Shown: positions 22,520 through 32,554 of the stretch, in pieces | How the letters are laid out: every line of letters starts with the position of its first letter | Numbering within the stretch: the first letter of the stretch is position 1 | NCBI GenBank assembly: GCA_041946735.1 | Contig: JBHGAY010000012.1 | Coordinates: forward strand, 1 to 64,000 | Length of the DNA stretch: 64,000 nucleotides | From: Candidatus Eiseniibacteriota bacterium | GTDB taxonomy: Bacteria; Eisenbacteria; RBG-16-71-46; CAIMUX01; VGJL01 | Direction: 5' to 3' | The notes under the pieces: model-generated | The model's database searches: none | What the model saw: only the letters and a program-made list of their open reading frames with translations | Told to the model about the DNA's origin: nothing | Program-made: the position numbers and the translations under genes

Positions 22520-23836
22520 ATGTTCGAACAGTTGACGGGACGGCTGGAAGATGTCTTCCGCCGCCTCAGGGGTCAGGGCGTCCTCACGGAAGACAACATC
22601 CGTGAGGCGTTGCGTGAGGTGCGCCGCGCCCTGCTCGAGGCGGACGTCCACTACAAGGTCGCTCGCGATCTGGTCCGGAAGGTCGAGGAGCGGGCGATCG
22701 GCCAGGAAGTCCTGCGGAGTCTGAGTCCCGGGCAGCAGGTGATCCGCGTCGTGCACGAGGTGCTCGTCGAGACTCTCGGCGGGCAGGCGCAGGGAATCGT
22801 CGAGAGCCCGGAGATCCCGACGCGCATCCTGGTCATCGGGTTGCAGGGATCGGGCAAGACCACCTTCGTCGCGAAGCTCGGGAGCTTCCTTCGGTCGCGA
22901 AAGCGGATCCCGATGCTGGCCGCATGCGATCTCGCGCGGCCGGCGGCGATCGAGCAGCTCGAGACGCTCGGGAGGCAGACCGGGCTGCGGGTCTACTCCG
23001 ACCGGACATCGAAGGACCCGGTCGGTGTGGCGGCCGACTCGATGCGCGCGGCGAAGGCGGCGGCGAGCGACTACCTGATCGTGGATACGGCGGGACGGTT
23101 GCACGTCGACGAGGACCTGATGGCGGAGCTGGCTCGGGTGCGCGACACGGTGCGCCCCCATCAGACGATCCTCGTGCTCGACGGGATGGTCGGACAGGAC
23201 GCGGTGCAGGTGGCCGAAGCGTTCCACGCCCGGCTGCCGGTCGACGGCGTCGCGCTGACGAAGATGGACGGGGATGCGCGCGGTGGCGCGGCGCTTTCGG
23301 TTCGCGCGGCGACCGGCATCCCGATCCTGTTCCTGGGGACGGGCGAAAAGGTGTCGGGGCTGGAGGTGTTCCATCCCGACCGTCTCGCCTCGAGGATCCT
23401 CGGGATGGGGGACGTCCTGACGCTCGTCGAGAAGGTTCAGGAGACGATCGATCTCGAAAAGGCCGAGGAGCTGACGGAGCGGCTCGCGAAGAAGCAGTTC
23501 ACGCTCGAGGACTTCCACGAGCAGCTCCTTCAGGTGCGCAAGATGGGGCCGATCGAGGATCTGCTCCGGATGATCCCGGGGGCCTCGAAGATGATCCCGG
23601 CGCAGGGGCTCGACGAGACGGAGTTGACGCGCATCGAGGCGATCCTGCAATCGATGACGCGGATGGAGAGGCGGAAGCCGGAGATCATCGACGGCAGCCG
23701 CCGCAAGCGCATCGCGCGCGGAAGCGGGACGCAGGTTCAGGACGTCAACCGGCTCCTGAAGGACTACGGAATGATGAAGCGCATGGTGCAGCAGATGGGG
23801 AAGGTCCGGGGGCGGTTGCCGCGTCCCGGACGCTAG
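22520..23836 (+). CDS. ffh: Signal recognition particle protein Ffh
   Basis: ALLEADV, GLQGSGKTT, DTAGR, TKMDGDARGGAALS, RILGMGD, SRRKRIARGSG. Confidence 0.98.
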   Translation: MFEQLTGRLEDVFRRLRGQGVLTEDNIREALREVRRALLEADVHYKVARDLVRKVEERAIGQEVLRSLSPGQQVIRVVHEVLVETLGGQAQGIVESPEIPTRILVIGLQGSGKTTFVAKLGSFLRSRKRIPMLAACDLARPAAIEQLETLGRQTGLRVYSDRTSKDPVGVAADSMRAAKAAASDYLIVDTAGRLHVDEDLMAELARVRDTVRPHQTILVLDGMVGQDAVQVAEAFHARLPVDGVALTKMDGDARGGAALSVRAATGIPILFLGTGEKVSGLEVFHPDRLASRILGMGDVLTLVEKVQETIDLEKAEELTERLAKKQFTLEDFHEQLLQVRKMGPIEDLLRMIPGASKMIPAQGLDETELTRIEAILQSMTRMERRKPEIIDGSRRKRIARGSGTQVQDVNRLLKDYGMMKRMVQQMGKVRGRLPRPGR

Positions 23837-23940
23837 CTCTCGTTCGGGCGGCGAAGGCGCGATGGTCGCGCGGTGCCGCCGGAGGGGGAGCGGAGGCGGA
23901 GAATGACGATCGGATCCCGGTGGGGAAGGAGGATCTCCTA

Positions 23941-24222
23941 GTGGCAGTGGTGATTCGCCTGCAGAGGGCAGGCGGACGAAACCATCCTTTCTATCGCGTC
24001 GTGGCGACGGACTCGAGGGCCGCGCGGGATGGTCGGTTCCTCGAGAAGCTCGGGTTCTACAACCCGCTGACGGATCCGGCGGAGCTGCACCTCGAGGTGC
24101 CTCGTATCCGCGATTGGATGGGCAAGGGAGCGCACCTGTCCGAGACCGTGACGAAGCTGCTCGATCGGTTCGAGGACGAGATGGGCAAGAAGCAGCAGGA
24201 GGGCCTGCAGGCCGGCACATGA
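23941..24222 (+). CDS. rpsP: 30S ribosomal protein S16
   Basis: VIRLQR.G...[24 protein letters not shown]. Confidence 0.96.
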   Translation: MAVVIRLQRAGGRNHPFYRVVATDSRAARDGRFLEKLGFYNPLTDPAELHLEVPRIRDWMGKGAHLSETVTKLLDRFEDEMGKKQQEGLQAGT

Positions 24223-24302
24223 GAGATCAGCGACAGGGCTGGGAAGGACATGATGGATCCGATCGCTACGACGACGAGTCCATCTCGGAGGGCGGAGCGG
24301 AC

Positions 24303-24533
24303 ATGAAGGAGCTGATCGAGTACATCGCGAAGCGTCTCGTGGACAAGCCGGACGAGGTGGATGTCCAGGAGGTGGCGGGAGAGAAGACGACGGTCTACGA
24401 GCTTCGTGTCGGCGACGGCGATCTCGGAAAGATCATCGGGAAGCATGGCCGCACGATCCGGGCGATCCGGACGCTCCTGTCCGCCGCAGCGACGAAGGAG
24501 AACAAGCGGGCCGTCCTGGAGATCCTCGAGTAG
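24303..24533 (+). CDS. khpA: KH domain RNA-binding protein
   Basis: [26 protein letters not shown]; an in-frame upstream ATG at 24219 overlaps the rpsP stop. Confidence 0.93.
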   Translation: MKELIEYIAKRLVDKPDEVDVQEVAGEKTTVYELRVGDGDLGKIIGKHGRTIRAIRTLLSAAATKENKRAVLEILE

Positions 24534-24547
24534 GGGATCGGGAAGCG

Positions 24548-25084
24548 ATGGCCGGCGACGCCGAGGCGCGTCCGGTCGTCGTCGGCAAGGTGCGCAAACC
24601 GGTGGGGCTGCGCGGCGAGGTGACGGTCGAGCCGACCGGGGACGATCCGGAGAGGTTCACGCCGGGGGCTTGGCTGTCGATCGAGGGAGAGCGGGAGCGG
24701 CGATACCGTATCCGTTCTCGCAGGCCGGTTCGCGGCGGCGTGGCGCTTCAGCTCGAGGGGATCGACGACAGGGATCAGGCGGAGCGTCTGAGGGGCAAGC
24801 TCCTCTACGTGCGGCCGGAGGATCTGCCGGCCCTCCCGGAAGGCGTCTATTACCGGTACCAGCTCGAGGGGCTGCAGGTCGTGGATGCCGAAGGCGAGGT
24901 GCTGGGGCGGGTCGAGTCGATTCTTCAGACGGGGGCGAACGACGTCTATTGCGTGAGGGCGGAGGAGAACGAGATCCTGATCCCCGCGGTGCGGGAGTTC
25001 GTGGAGTCGGTGGACCTGGAGACGGGCCGGATCCGTCTGCGAGTTCCGAGATCGGCGCTGGGGGAGGACGAGAACCCGATCTGA
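24548..25084 (+). CDS. rimM: Ribosome maturation factor RimM
   Basis: VGKV..PVGLRGEV, LPEGVYY..QLEG, TGANDVY, LIPAV. Confidence 0.95.
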   Translation: MAGDAEARPVVVGKVRKPVGLRGEVTVEPTGDDPERFTPGAWLSIEGERERRYRIRSRRPVRGGVALQLEGIDDRDQAERLRGKLLYVRPEDLPALPEGVYYRYQLEGLQVVDAEGEVLGRVESILQTGANDVYCVRAEENEILIPAVREFVESVDLETGRIRLRVPRSALGEDENPI

Positions 25085-25863
25085 CGATTCACGTCCTGAC
25101 CGGGTTCCCGAGGATCTTCGAAGGGCCGCTGGACGAGGGAATGATCCGCGTGGCGCGCGAGAAGGGCCTCGCGGAGATCCGGGTCGTTCCGCTTCGCGAG
25201 TTCGCGGAGGACGCCCACCGGACGATCGACGACTACCCCTACGGGGGCGGTCCCGGAATGATCCTGAAGGTCGAGCCGGTGGCGAGGGCGCTCGACTCGC
25301 TTCCCGCGGTCAAAGGGACGAGACGTGAGACCGTCCTGTTGAGTCCGCAGGGAGAGCGGCTCGATCAGGCGCTCGTGCACCGGATCCGGGAGGCGGGCGA
25401 CGTTGCGCTCCTGACCGGGCGCTACAAGGGAATCGACGAGCGGATCCGCGCGTTCGTGACCCGAGAGGTGTCGATCGGCGACTACGTCCTCTCGGGCGGG
25501 GAGCTGGCGGCCCTCGTGCTGATCGACGCGATGGTGCGGCTGGTGCCGGGTGTGCTCGGCGCGTTCGATAGCGCGCTGGGGGACTCGTTCGAGAGCGGGA
25601 TTCTCGATTCGAGCTACTACACGCGGCCGGAAGAGTATCGAGGGATGCGGGTGCCGCCGGTGCTCCTTTCGGGGCACCACGCGGCGGTGGATGGTTGGCG
25701 GCGGCGCGACGCGCTCGCGCGAACGCTCGCCCGAAGGCCTGACCTGCTGGATCAGGCCGAGCTTAGCGACGAGGACCACGAGGTCCTCGCGGAACTGGGA
25801 TGGGAGCACGCGCGCCCGAGCGGCCGCGGAAAGAAGAAGAAAGCGGCCAGACGCCGCACGTGA
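25081..25863 (+). CDS. trmD: tRNA (guanine-N1)-methyltransferase TrmD (probable CTG start)
   Basis: [49 protein letters not shown]. Confidence 0.93.
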   Translation: MTIHVLTGFPRIFEGPLDEGMIRVAREKGLAEIRVVPLREFAEDAHRTIDDYPYGGGPGMILKVEPVARALDSLPAVKGTRRETVLLSPQGERLDQALVHRIREAGDVALLTGRYKGIDERIRAFVTREVSIGDYVLSGGELAALVLIDAMVRLVPGVLGAFDSALGDSFESGILDSSYYTRPEEYRGMRVPPVLLSGHHAAVDGWRRRDALARTLARRPDLLDQAELSDEDHEVLAELGWEHARPSGRGKKKKAARRRT

Positions 25864-25879
25864 GAGCAAGGAGACGACG

Positions 25880-26254
25880 ATGGATCTGCTTCGCAACATC
25901 GAGGCCCCTCACCTCCGTGAGGACATCCCCGACTTCGGACCGGGAGACACCGTCCGTGTCTTCGTGAAGGTCGTCGAGGGAGAGAAGGAGAGAAACCAGG
26001 TCTTCCAGGGCGTCGTGCTGGGCCGCCGCGGCTCGGGAATCGGCGCGACCTTCACCGTCCGGAAGGTGACCGATGGGGTCGGCGTCGAGAGGATCTTTCC
26101 GCTCCACTCGCCGAGCGTCGCGAAGGTGGAAGTCACGCGGCGCGGAAAGGTACGGAGAGCGAAGCTCGGATACTTGAAAGAGCTGAAGGGGAAGTCCGCG
26201 CGCATCAAGGAACGCAGCCAGACTGCGCGCGATGCGGAAGGCGCTTCCGCCTGA
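25880..26254 (+). CDS. rplS: 50S ribosomal protein L19
   Basis: [46 protein letters not shown]. Confidence 0.97.
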   Translation: MDLLRNIEAPHLREDIPDFGPGDTVRVFVKVVEGEKERNQVFQGVVLGRRGSGIGATFTVRKVTDGVGVERIFPLHSPSVAKVEVTRRGKVRRAKLGYLKELKGKSARIKERSQTARDAEGASA

Positions 26255-26894
26255 TCGCCTCGGGCCGCCGCCGAGCGGCCGATGGGAGGCAGCCCTCCTC
26301 AAGGGAGGCTGCCTTTTCGTCGCCGGCGTAGACGAGGTAGGACGAGGCTGCCTAGCCGGTCCCGTCGTCGCCGCCGCCGTCATCCTGAAGCCCGGGGCTC
26401 GGATCCCCGGGCTTCGCGATTCGAAGATCCTTCTTGCGCGCGAGCGCCGCGCGCTGATCCCGAAGATCCGCGCCGCCTGCGTGAGCTACGGGATCGGCGC
26501 GGTCGCGCCGTGCGGCATCGATCGCTGGAACATCCGGCGCGCGTCGTTCCGCGCGATGCGGATCGCGCTCTCGCGGCTCGACCCGCTTCCGGAGCACGCG
26601 CTCGTCGACGGCTTCCGTATTCCGCGACTCGGACTCGCGCAGACGCATCTCGTGCGCGGAGACCGCCGGTGCCGCTGCATCGCCGCCGCCTCGGTGATCG
26701 CGAAGGTCGCGCGCGACCGGCGAATGGACCGCTACCACCTGCTCTATCCGCAATACCTCTTCCATCGCAACCGCGGCTACGCCACGCCGGCGCATCTCGA
26801 AGCGCTCGGGCGTTTCGGCCCTTCCCCGCTGCACCGGAGGAGCTTCGAGCCGGTGCGGAGAAGGATCGAAGGGAACCTCGAGCTTCCGTTCTGA
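26232..26894 (+). CDS. rnhB: Ribonuclease HII
   Basis: [40 protein letters not shown]. Confidence 0.95.
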   Translation: MRKALPPDRLGPPPSGRWEAALLKGGCLFVAGVDEVGRGCLAGPVVAAAVILKPGARIPGLRDSKILLARERRALIPKIRAACVSYGIGAVAPCGIDRWNIRRASFRAMRIALSRLDPLPEHALVDGFRIPRLGLAQTHLVRGDRRCRCIAAASVIAKVARDRRMDRYHLLYPQYLFHRNRGYATPAHLEALGRFGPSPLHRRSFEPVRRRIEGNLELPF

Positions 26895-27016
26895 TCCGGT
26901 CTGAGGCGCCGCGCCGCGTCGCGCCGCGCCGAACGCGCATCACGAGTGAAGGCGGCTTGCCGGTGGAGGCGGCTCGCCGGGCACGCGGGCACGTTTCGTG
27001 CTTGCCGGTGCCTGCG

Positions 27017-27610
27017 ATGGGCGCAACGAGGGGGAGCCGCAACCACGGCGGCAACGAAGGGAAGGGCTCGGCCGCCTCTGCGGCCGCGGCGGCCTCTACG
27101 GCGGCGGCCGCGGCTGCGGCTGCCGAGCGGGCCAGGATCGGGGCCGCGGCCGAAGCGATGGCGGCAGCCTACTTCGAGATGCACGGTTGCCGGATCGCGG
27201 CGCGCAACCTCCGCGTCGGAGGAGGCGAGATCGACCTCGTCGTGACGCGAGGCGCCTGGATGCTCCTGGTCGAGGTGCGGTGCCGGTCGAGCGAGTTCTT
27301 CGGAACACCCGCCGAGACGGTGCGCGGTCGTAAGGTCCGCGCGCTCGGCCGCGCGGCGAGGGCGCTCCTGTCGGGCGGGATGGCCGGCTCGTCCGTCGCA
27401 AGCGGCTCGCATGGCGCAGGCGGCACGTCCGGCGCAAGCGACACGACCGGCACGGCCGGCGCAATCGGCGCATCGGGCGCGACGGAGCGAGCGACTTGCT
27501 GGCGATTCGACATCGTGACCGTTTCCCGGCGGGCGCAGGGGATCCGGCTCGATCACTATCCAGGCGCTGTCGCGATCGAGCCGGAGGGGCCGAGAGGCGG
27601 GAAACGGTGA
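27017..27610 (+). CDS. yraN: YraN (UPF0102) family protein with low-complexity insertions
   Basis: G..AE..AA.Y, RNLR...GEIDLV, VEVR.R, RFDIV; follows rnhB; start uncertain. Confidence 0.8.
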   Translation: MGATRGSRNHGGNEGKGSAASAAAAASTAAAAAAAAERARIGAAAEAMAAAYFEMHGCRIAARNLRVGGGEIDLVVTRGAWMLLVEVRCRSSEFFGTPAETVRGRKVRALGRAARALLSGGMAGSSVASGSHGAGGTSGASDTTGTAGAIGASGATERATCWRFDIVTVSRRAQGIRLDHYPGAVAIEPEGPRGGKR

Positions 27611-27656
27611 GGGGCGAACACCCGGCCGCTAGTGAAAAAGAGTGACGAATCGGTAA

Positions 27657-27685
27657 TTGACACCCCTGGGGGTCGCAGGTACGGT
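27657..27685 (+). promoter_or_regulatory. Orphan sigma70 promoter
   Basis: Perfect TTGACA-N17-TACGGT (same -10 as the ffh promoter candidate); no credible CDS downstream on this strand. Confidence 0.65.
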
Positions 27686-27692
27686 CTTCGCG

Positions 27693-27817
27693 GCCCCGGA
27701 GAGGCCATGAGCGGTGTGGTGCAGTGTGGCGGTGAGGAAAGCTTGATCATGGCGGCTCTGCCCGACCCGATCTCACGTTGCCTTTCATCGGGCTGCGTTG
27801 GCGGATCCCTCCGGGGC
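27693..27817 (+). ncRNA. Candidate structured small RNA of about 125 nt, family unassigned
   Basis: Starts 8 nt after the -10 box; 9-bp terminal helix GCCCCGGAG/CTCCGGGGC; internal helices GCCATGA/TCATGGC, TCTGCC/GGCGGA and CCCGAT/ATCGGG. Confidence 0.55.
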
Positions 27818-27849
27818 ATCCTCTCCTGTGCCGCTTCCCTCCTTCACGA

Positions 27850-29277
27850 TCACGATCCCTTCGAGGCCGAGAAAGCGTAGCTCGCGCGGATCCGGATCGA
27901 GTCGTTCTCCCGATACCGCCCGAGAAGCGAGGCCGGACCTCCCGAGATGGAACGGATCTCCGCCTCCAGACGCGTGCTACTCCACGGGCTCCAGATCACG
28001 CGCGCGAGGAGGCTCTCCCCTCCGCGCCCGAGGTCGAGAAGCGATTCCGTCTCGATCGCGACGTCGGTGCCCGTCTCCCAGCGGACGCGTAGCAGCGCGG
28101 CGTGGCGGAACGGATGCCCCAGGATGGCCGGATCGCCGCCATCATCGAGCCGTGGCCGGCGCGCCGCCTGATCGAAAGCGTAGGTCCCGGACAGCCGGAG
28201 AGGCCGCCCGAGCAGTCCGTGTGGCAACCCCCTTTCCCAGCCGATCCCTGCGCGCAAGAACGGCCGGTCCGGCGCGATGGCTCCCGGCGATTCGCCGCCC
28301 GCGCGGTCCGGATCGAAGAGCGCCGCTTCCGCGTGTACGGTCGATCCGCCGGCCGGCCGGGCGAAGTCCAGCCCGAACATCCACAGGGAACGGTGGACAC
28401 CGCGCGTCCGGATCGACGCGACGCCGTCGCCGCCCGCGCGCGCCGGGGCGAGGAACTCGTAGACGCTTGCGATCCGCTCGCGCGAGCGCGCGAGCGAGAG
28501 TCCTGCGTCCCAGACCCCGAGGCGGAGATCCGCTCGCAGTCCCGCCTCGGAGCCGAGGGCGGAGGGCGAAGGCTCGCGCGCGCCGCCGTTCTCGAATCGC
28601 GCGGGGAAGGTTCCTTGGGGTAGAGAAATCGAATCGGGGAAGAGCGAGAAGGGATTCTCCGAGCGAAACGGGATTCGATCGGGCTCGAAGCGCGGGATCC
28701 AGATGCCTTCGAGCGTGACGGCTCCCTGGTAGCGATCGACACGCGCCGCCCAGCTTCCCTGGTCGAGCGGATCGATCGGGTCGATCCAGTCGCGACGCCG
28801 GAAGACGTCGACGGCGCGGAGCGCGTCGAGCCGGCCCCAGTCGAGGATCTGACGGCCGAGCGTCGCCTCCCAGGCGCCGAACGCCGCTCGCGCGTATCCC
28901 TCGTCGAGGCGCAGGCGATCGCGCTCGGGATCCTGCGCGTCGTGGAGCAGACGGGCGTCGAGCCGCGCGGCCAGCGAGGAGGACGCCTCGAGCCTGAGCC
29001 CGAGCCTTCCCTCCAGAGCGGAACGGCTCGCAGCGGGCCGCTCGCGCAGGCTGCGGTCCTGCTCTCCTTCCATGCCGACCGTCGCGGCGAGGCGCGCGGC
29101 CAGGGCCGGAGGGGCGGCGACGAGGGGGAGAGAGACGGAAAGACCGAGGGGAAGAAAGAGGGTGAGACGGAGGCGGAGAAAGCGGGAGGGACAGATGCCG
29201 AAAAAGCAGAGACCGAATGAGCAGAGACGGAGAGAGGAGAGACGGACGGGGAGGAGGAGGGGCCGGCCGCGGTTCAT
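27850..29277 (-). CDS. Putative outer-membrane beta-barrel protein (DUF1302-like)
   Basis: Signal-like N-terminus, LDEGY....LGRQILDWG motif, C-terminal IRIRASYAF; ATGA-coupled to the upstream gene. Confidence 0.65.
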   Translation of the reverse strand: MNRGRPLLLPVRLSSLRLCSFGLCFFGICPSRFLRLRLTLFLPLGLSVSLPLVAAPPALAARLAATVGMEGEQDRSLRERPAASRSALEGRLGLRLEASSSLAARLDARLLHDAQDPERDRLRLDEGYARAAFGAWEATLGRQILDWGRLDALRAVDVFRRRDWIDPIDPLDQGSWAARVDRYQGAVTLEGIWIPRFEPDRIPFRSENPFSLFPDSISLPQGTFPARFENGGAREPSPSALGSEAGLRADLRLGVWDAGLSLARSRERIASVYEFLAPARAGGDGVASIRTRGVHRSLWMFGLDFARPAGGSTVHAEAALFDPDRAGGESPGAIAPDRPFLRAGIGWERGLPHGLLGRPLRLSGTYAFDQAARRPRLDDGGDPAILGHPFRHAALLRVRWETGTDVAIETESLLDLGRGGESLLARVIWSPWSSTRLEAEIRSISGGPASLLGRYRENDSIRIRASYAFSASKGS

Positions 29278-30110
29278 GCAGAGCTCCGCAACGAACGCTC
29301 CGTGAAGAGACGCTCCGGAAGCGCATCGAAGCGCCGATTCTGGACGACGATCTGCGTCACGTGGCCGCTCCGGAGATCCCGCAGCTCCGTACGGTTCCAC
29401 CGCGCGCGGCCGCCGGCGATCACCGGCTCCGAGTTCCGGGCTTCCTTTCGCTCCTGCCCGTCGCGCCCGTAGAGCAGCGCCCGGCGCCAGACCGGCCGGT
29501 CCTTCTCGACCCAGTAGACCTTCCTCGAGTAGAGAGAGGCTTCGTTGGCCGGCAGCGCGAGCGGCCGCACCTCCAGCTTTCGACAGGCGACGCCGTCGAC
29601 CATCTCCTCGCCGATCCACGCGAAGGCGTGGTCGCCGGCGCGGAGGTCGGTCAGGTCTTCGTAACTGTAGTCGGTCCCCATATAGGTCTCGCCGCGGTCG
29701 GCGGAGGCGATCCGTCGGGTCGTGTGATAGGCGGGAAGGTAGATCCACCAGTCGGGACCGCGCTCCTCGTTCTCGATCGCGAGCAGCGAGCAGCCTTCCA
29801 TCTCGGGCGGGGAGCGGAACTCGATCCGGCGAGCGGTCCGGCCGGCGGCGAGCGTCTTCTGCAGGAAGATCGCCGCGCGAGCGTGGCGAGAGCCGCCCGC
29901 GTCGAGAAGGGTCATCGTCGCCTCGGTCCTCTCATCGGCGCCGGAGGCTTCCTGCTGGATGCGCTCGAACGCGGCGCGCGGGTCTTCCGGGACGGAAGAA
30001 GCGGAGGACGGCGGGGGCGTAGCGGCGGCCGCGACGATCGCGAGAACGACGGCGGCCAACGCCGCCATCGCGCGCGCGCGACGAAGCGGAGAGACGGCGG
30101 CCGGTCTCAT
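29274..30110 (-). CDS. Outer membrane lipoprotein-sorting (LolA-like) protein
   Basis: F..P....G...L, WIYLPA...RRI, YMGTDYSYEDL, LFTERSL; signal peptide. Confidence 0.82.
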   Translation of the reverse strand: MRPAAVSPLRRARAMAALAAVVLAIVAAAATPPPSSASSVPEDPRAAFERIQQEASGADERTEATMTLLDAGGSRHARAAIFLQKTLAAGRTARRIEFRSPPEMEGCSLLAIENEERGPDWWIYLPAYHTTRRIASADRGETYMGTDYSYEDLTDLRAGDHAFAWIGEEMVDGVACRKLEVRPLALPANEASLYSRKVYWVEKDRPVWRRALLYGRDGQERKEARNSEPVIAGGRARWNRTELRDLRSGHVTQIVVQNRRFDALPERLFTERSLRSSA

Positions 30111-32554
30111 TCGCATCCCCGCTGGCGGATCGCGGAGGCCAGGTTGCCGGCCACGATCGCCCGCAGCGACGGCCAGGTCAGGTACGGTCCGGCCAGGACG
30201 AAGGCGGCGAGGACCGGGGCGAAGTCCAGCCAGCTCGCGTGGAGCGTGAGGGGAAACCAGGCTCGCTCGAGTCGCCCGTTGAGGAAGAGCGAGACGAGCA
30301 GCGCTGCGGGAAGGGAAAGCAGCGCGGCAAGGACCGCCTGGCATGCGGCCTCGCGCCGGACGATCTGCGCAAGGGAGCCGGGGTCGCATCCGAGGGAGCG
30401 GAAGGTCGCGTACTCCCCCGAGCGCTCCAGCGCGCCCAGGTTCAGGCTCGTGAGAAGAAAGAGGATCGCCATCGCGATCGCGATCCCGGTCGTGATGTGC
30501 ACGATCCGGAACACCTCATCGAGGAGCGCGAAAAGCGAGCGTTCCAGATCCTCCTTCGGGACGACTCCGGCGACGATCGGCAGGGCGAGGATCTCCTCGG
30601 TACCCGGACCGTTCGGCCCGTCCGCTTCGATCAGCACGCCGCTCGCCTGCTCGGCGAGGCCGGTCCAGGCGCGCACCGACTCGATGGGCGCGATGAGACG
30701 GTCCAGCACGATCTCGCGTCCGATGCCCGTCACGCGGACCGTCCGCGCCTCGCATCCCGGGATCCGGAGACGCACGGCGTCGCCGACGCGCAGCGCCATG
30801 CGCCGCGCCACGTCGGGGCCGGCGATCACGCCGTCCTCGAATGCCGCCGGCATCCGACCTTCGCGCAGCGTGACGGTGCGCAGCCGCGCGCACGGGTCGA
30901 TGCCGAGCACCGTCACCGGCTCGCTCCCGGCATTTGTTTCGTCTTCCTCCTCGTCCTTGTCCTTGCCCCCGTTCTTGTCCTTGCCCCCGGCCTCCGCCCG
31001 GCCCCGGCCGGCGACCGCTTCGATCTCCACCACCCGGCTGACGAACGGCTCGGTCGCGCGAATCCCGGGGAGGGCGAGCAGAGGCGCCATCTCTTCCGGA
31101 TAGGCGGGATGCAGGAAGTGGACGCTCAGATCCCAGCGTTCGTGCCGGCATGCTTCGCGCGCCGTCTCGGTCATCGAGCGCGACGAGAAGCGGTAGGCGA
31201 CGGCGACGCCGAGGGCGCCGGCAAGGGCGAGGGTCGTCACCGCGGTCAAGCCCGGGCGACGGATCAGATTGCGTGCGGCCCAGCGCGAAGTGAGGCGCAT
31301 CGGCGCCGTCCAGTCGAGCAGCCGCAGTAGGGACGGAGCGAGACGCGCGGGAGCCGAATCGACGGCGCGGATCGTCGCGGCGGCGGATCGTCGCAGCAGG
31401 CCGAGCACCGGCGCGGAGATCGCGGCGACCGAGGCGAGGAGCGCCGGAATGGAGGCGAGGAGGAAGTCCCCCGCGTAGAAGTGCCGGTCGATGCGCGGCA
31501 GGCCGATCGCCGTTCCATAGATCCGCGCGAAGGCGTCGCGGATCGCGATCGCGGGCGCGAATGCGGCGGCGATGCCGGCCAGGCCGAGCAGGGCGGCCGT
31601 CCCCGCATACCAGGAGAGGATCTGCCGCCGCGAAGATCCGAGCGCGCGAAGCGTCCCGATCTCCCGGCGCTGCGCGAGGACCATCCGGCGAAAGCTGAGG
31701 ATCGCGATCAGCAGGCTCAGACCGCCGAGAGTCCATGCGATCGCCGGCGCATAGATCGATAGGGCCCGCACGTCGATCTCGAGGAACCTGTAGCCGAAGC
31801 GCCTCTCCCGCGGAATCGCCTCCTCGATCGCGACCGCGCGGCCGCAGGCCGCCAGCACCTCCTGCTCCGCCTGCCGGCGATCCGACCCGGGCGCGTACCG
31901 TACGGCCAGGTCGTTCACCATCCGGAATCCGAGGCGCCCGGCGACGAGGTCCAGGTTGCCGAAGACGACGAGGAGCGATCCCTTCTGAGGAATGAACGAC
32001 TGCGGGTCGACCGAAGCGGCGAGGTGCTCGGAGGAGAGCACGATGCCGCGGATGTGGGTCCGATAGCGAGCCCGGCCGATGGCGAGATCGACCGAGTCGC
32101 CCGGAGCGAGGTGGTGCGGGATTGCGAAGCCCCGATCGACCAGAACGCCTGTCGTGTCGGCGGGATCGAGCGGCGATCCGCAGATCAGCGGGAGTTGGTC
32201 CACGGCGGGCTGCGGAGAGTCGAGGAAGATCGCCTGCGCGGTCACGCGAGCGCCGCCGGCGAGCCGCGCCGACGCGGGGAAGATGAGGCGCGCCTCGGCG
32301 GCCTCGACGCAAGGCAAGGTGGCGGCTGCGGCGCGCAGGGGCGCGGGATCGTCGGGCGCGAAGCGGAGCTCCAGGTCGGCGCCGCGACACTCTTCGAGGA
32401 TCGTGTCGCGCGTCGCGAGCAGCGTGCGCCCAGCCATCCGCGATCCGGCGGTGACGCCGATGCCGACGGCGAGCGAGACGACGATCGATGCGCTGCGCCA
32501 GCGCGCCGACGCGAGATCGCGCAGCGACCTACGCCACAACTTCGATAGGGCCAT
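30107..32554 (-). CDS. FtsX/MacB-like ABC permease with two permease repeats
   Basis: QRREIGTLRALG and ERSGEYATFRSLG repeats; large periplasmic loops. Confidence 0.85.
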   Translation of the reverse strand: MALSKLWRRSLRDLASARWRSASIVVSLAVGIGVTAGSRMAGRTLLATRDTILEECRGADLELRFAPDDPAPLRAAAATLPCVEAAEARLIFPASARLAGGARVTAQAIFLDSPQPAVDQLPLICGSPLDPADTTGVLVDRGFAIPHHLAPGDSVDLAIGRARYRTHIRGIVLSSEHLAASVDPQSFIPQKGSLLVVFGNLDLVAGRLGFRMVNDLAVRYAPGSDRRQAEQEVLAACGRAVAIEEAIPRERRFGYRFLEIDVRALSIYAPAIAWTLGGLSLLIAILSFRRMVLAQRREIGTLRALGSSRRQILSWYAGTAALLGLAGIAAAFAPAIAIRDAFARIYGTAIGLPRIDRHFYAGDFLLASIPALLASVAAISAPVLGLLRRSAAATIRAVDSAPARLAPSLLRLLDWTAPMRLTSRWAARNLIRRPGLTAVTTLALAGALGVAVAYRFSSRSMTETAREACRHERWDLSVHFLHPAYPEEMAPLLALPGIRATEPFVSRVVEIEAVAGRGRAEAGGKDKNGGKDKDEEEDETNAGSEPVTVLGIDPCARLRTVTLREGRMPAAFEDGVIAGPDVARRMALRVGDAVRLRIPGCEARTVRVTGIGREIVLDRLIAPIESVRAWTGLAEQASGVLIEADGPNGPGTEEILALPIVAGVVPKEDLERSLFALLDEVFRIVHITTGIAIAMAILFLLTSLNLGALERSGEYATFRSLGCDPGSLAQIVRREAACQAVLAALLSLPAALLVSLFLNGRLERAWFPLTLHASWLDFAPVLAAFVLAGPYLTWPSLRAIVAGNLASAIRQRGCE

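Noticed and set aside
20636..24220. Very long antisense ORFs (1194 aa here; also 39149-42454, 60956-63955, 711-3269)
   Set aside because: They are shadows of recognisable genes, caused by stop-poor high-GC codon usage, and have no motifs of their own.
27693..27817. Candidate RNA as a 5S copy, RNase P RNA or riboswitch
   Set aside because: The 5' end only loosely resembles 5S and CCGAAC is missing; GAGGAAAG is not followed by the RNase P core; there is no same-strand downstream gene.
27632..27880. 82-aa ORF after yraN
   Set aside because: It has no clear SD or recognisable motif, spans the promoter and overlaps the convergent gene; an RNA explains the pairing better.
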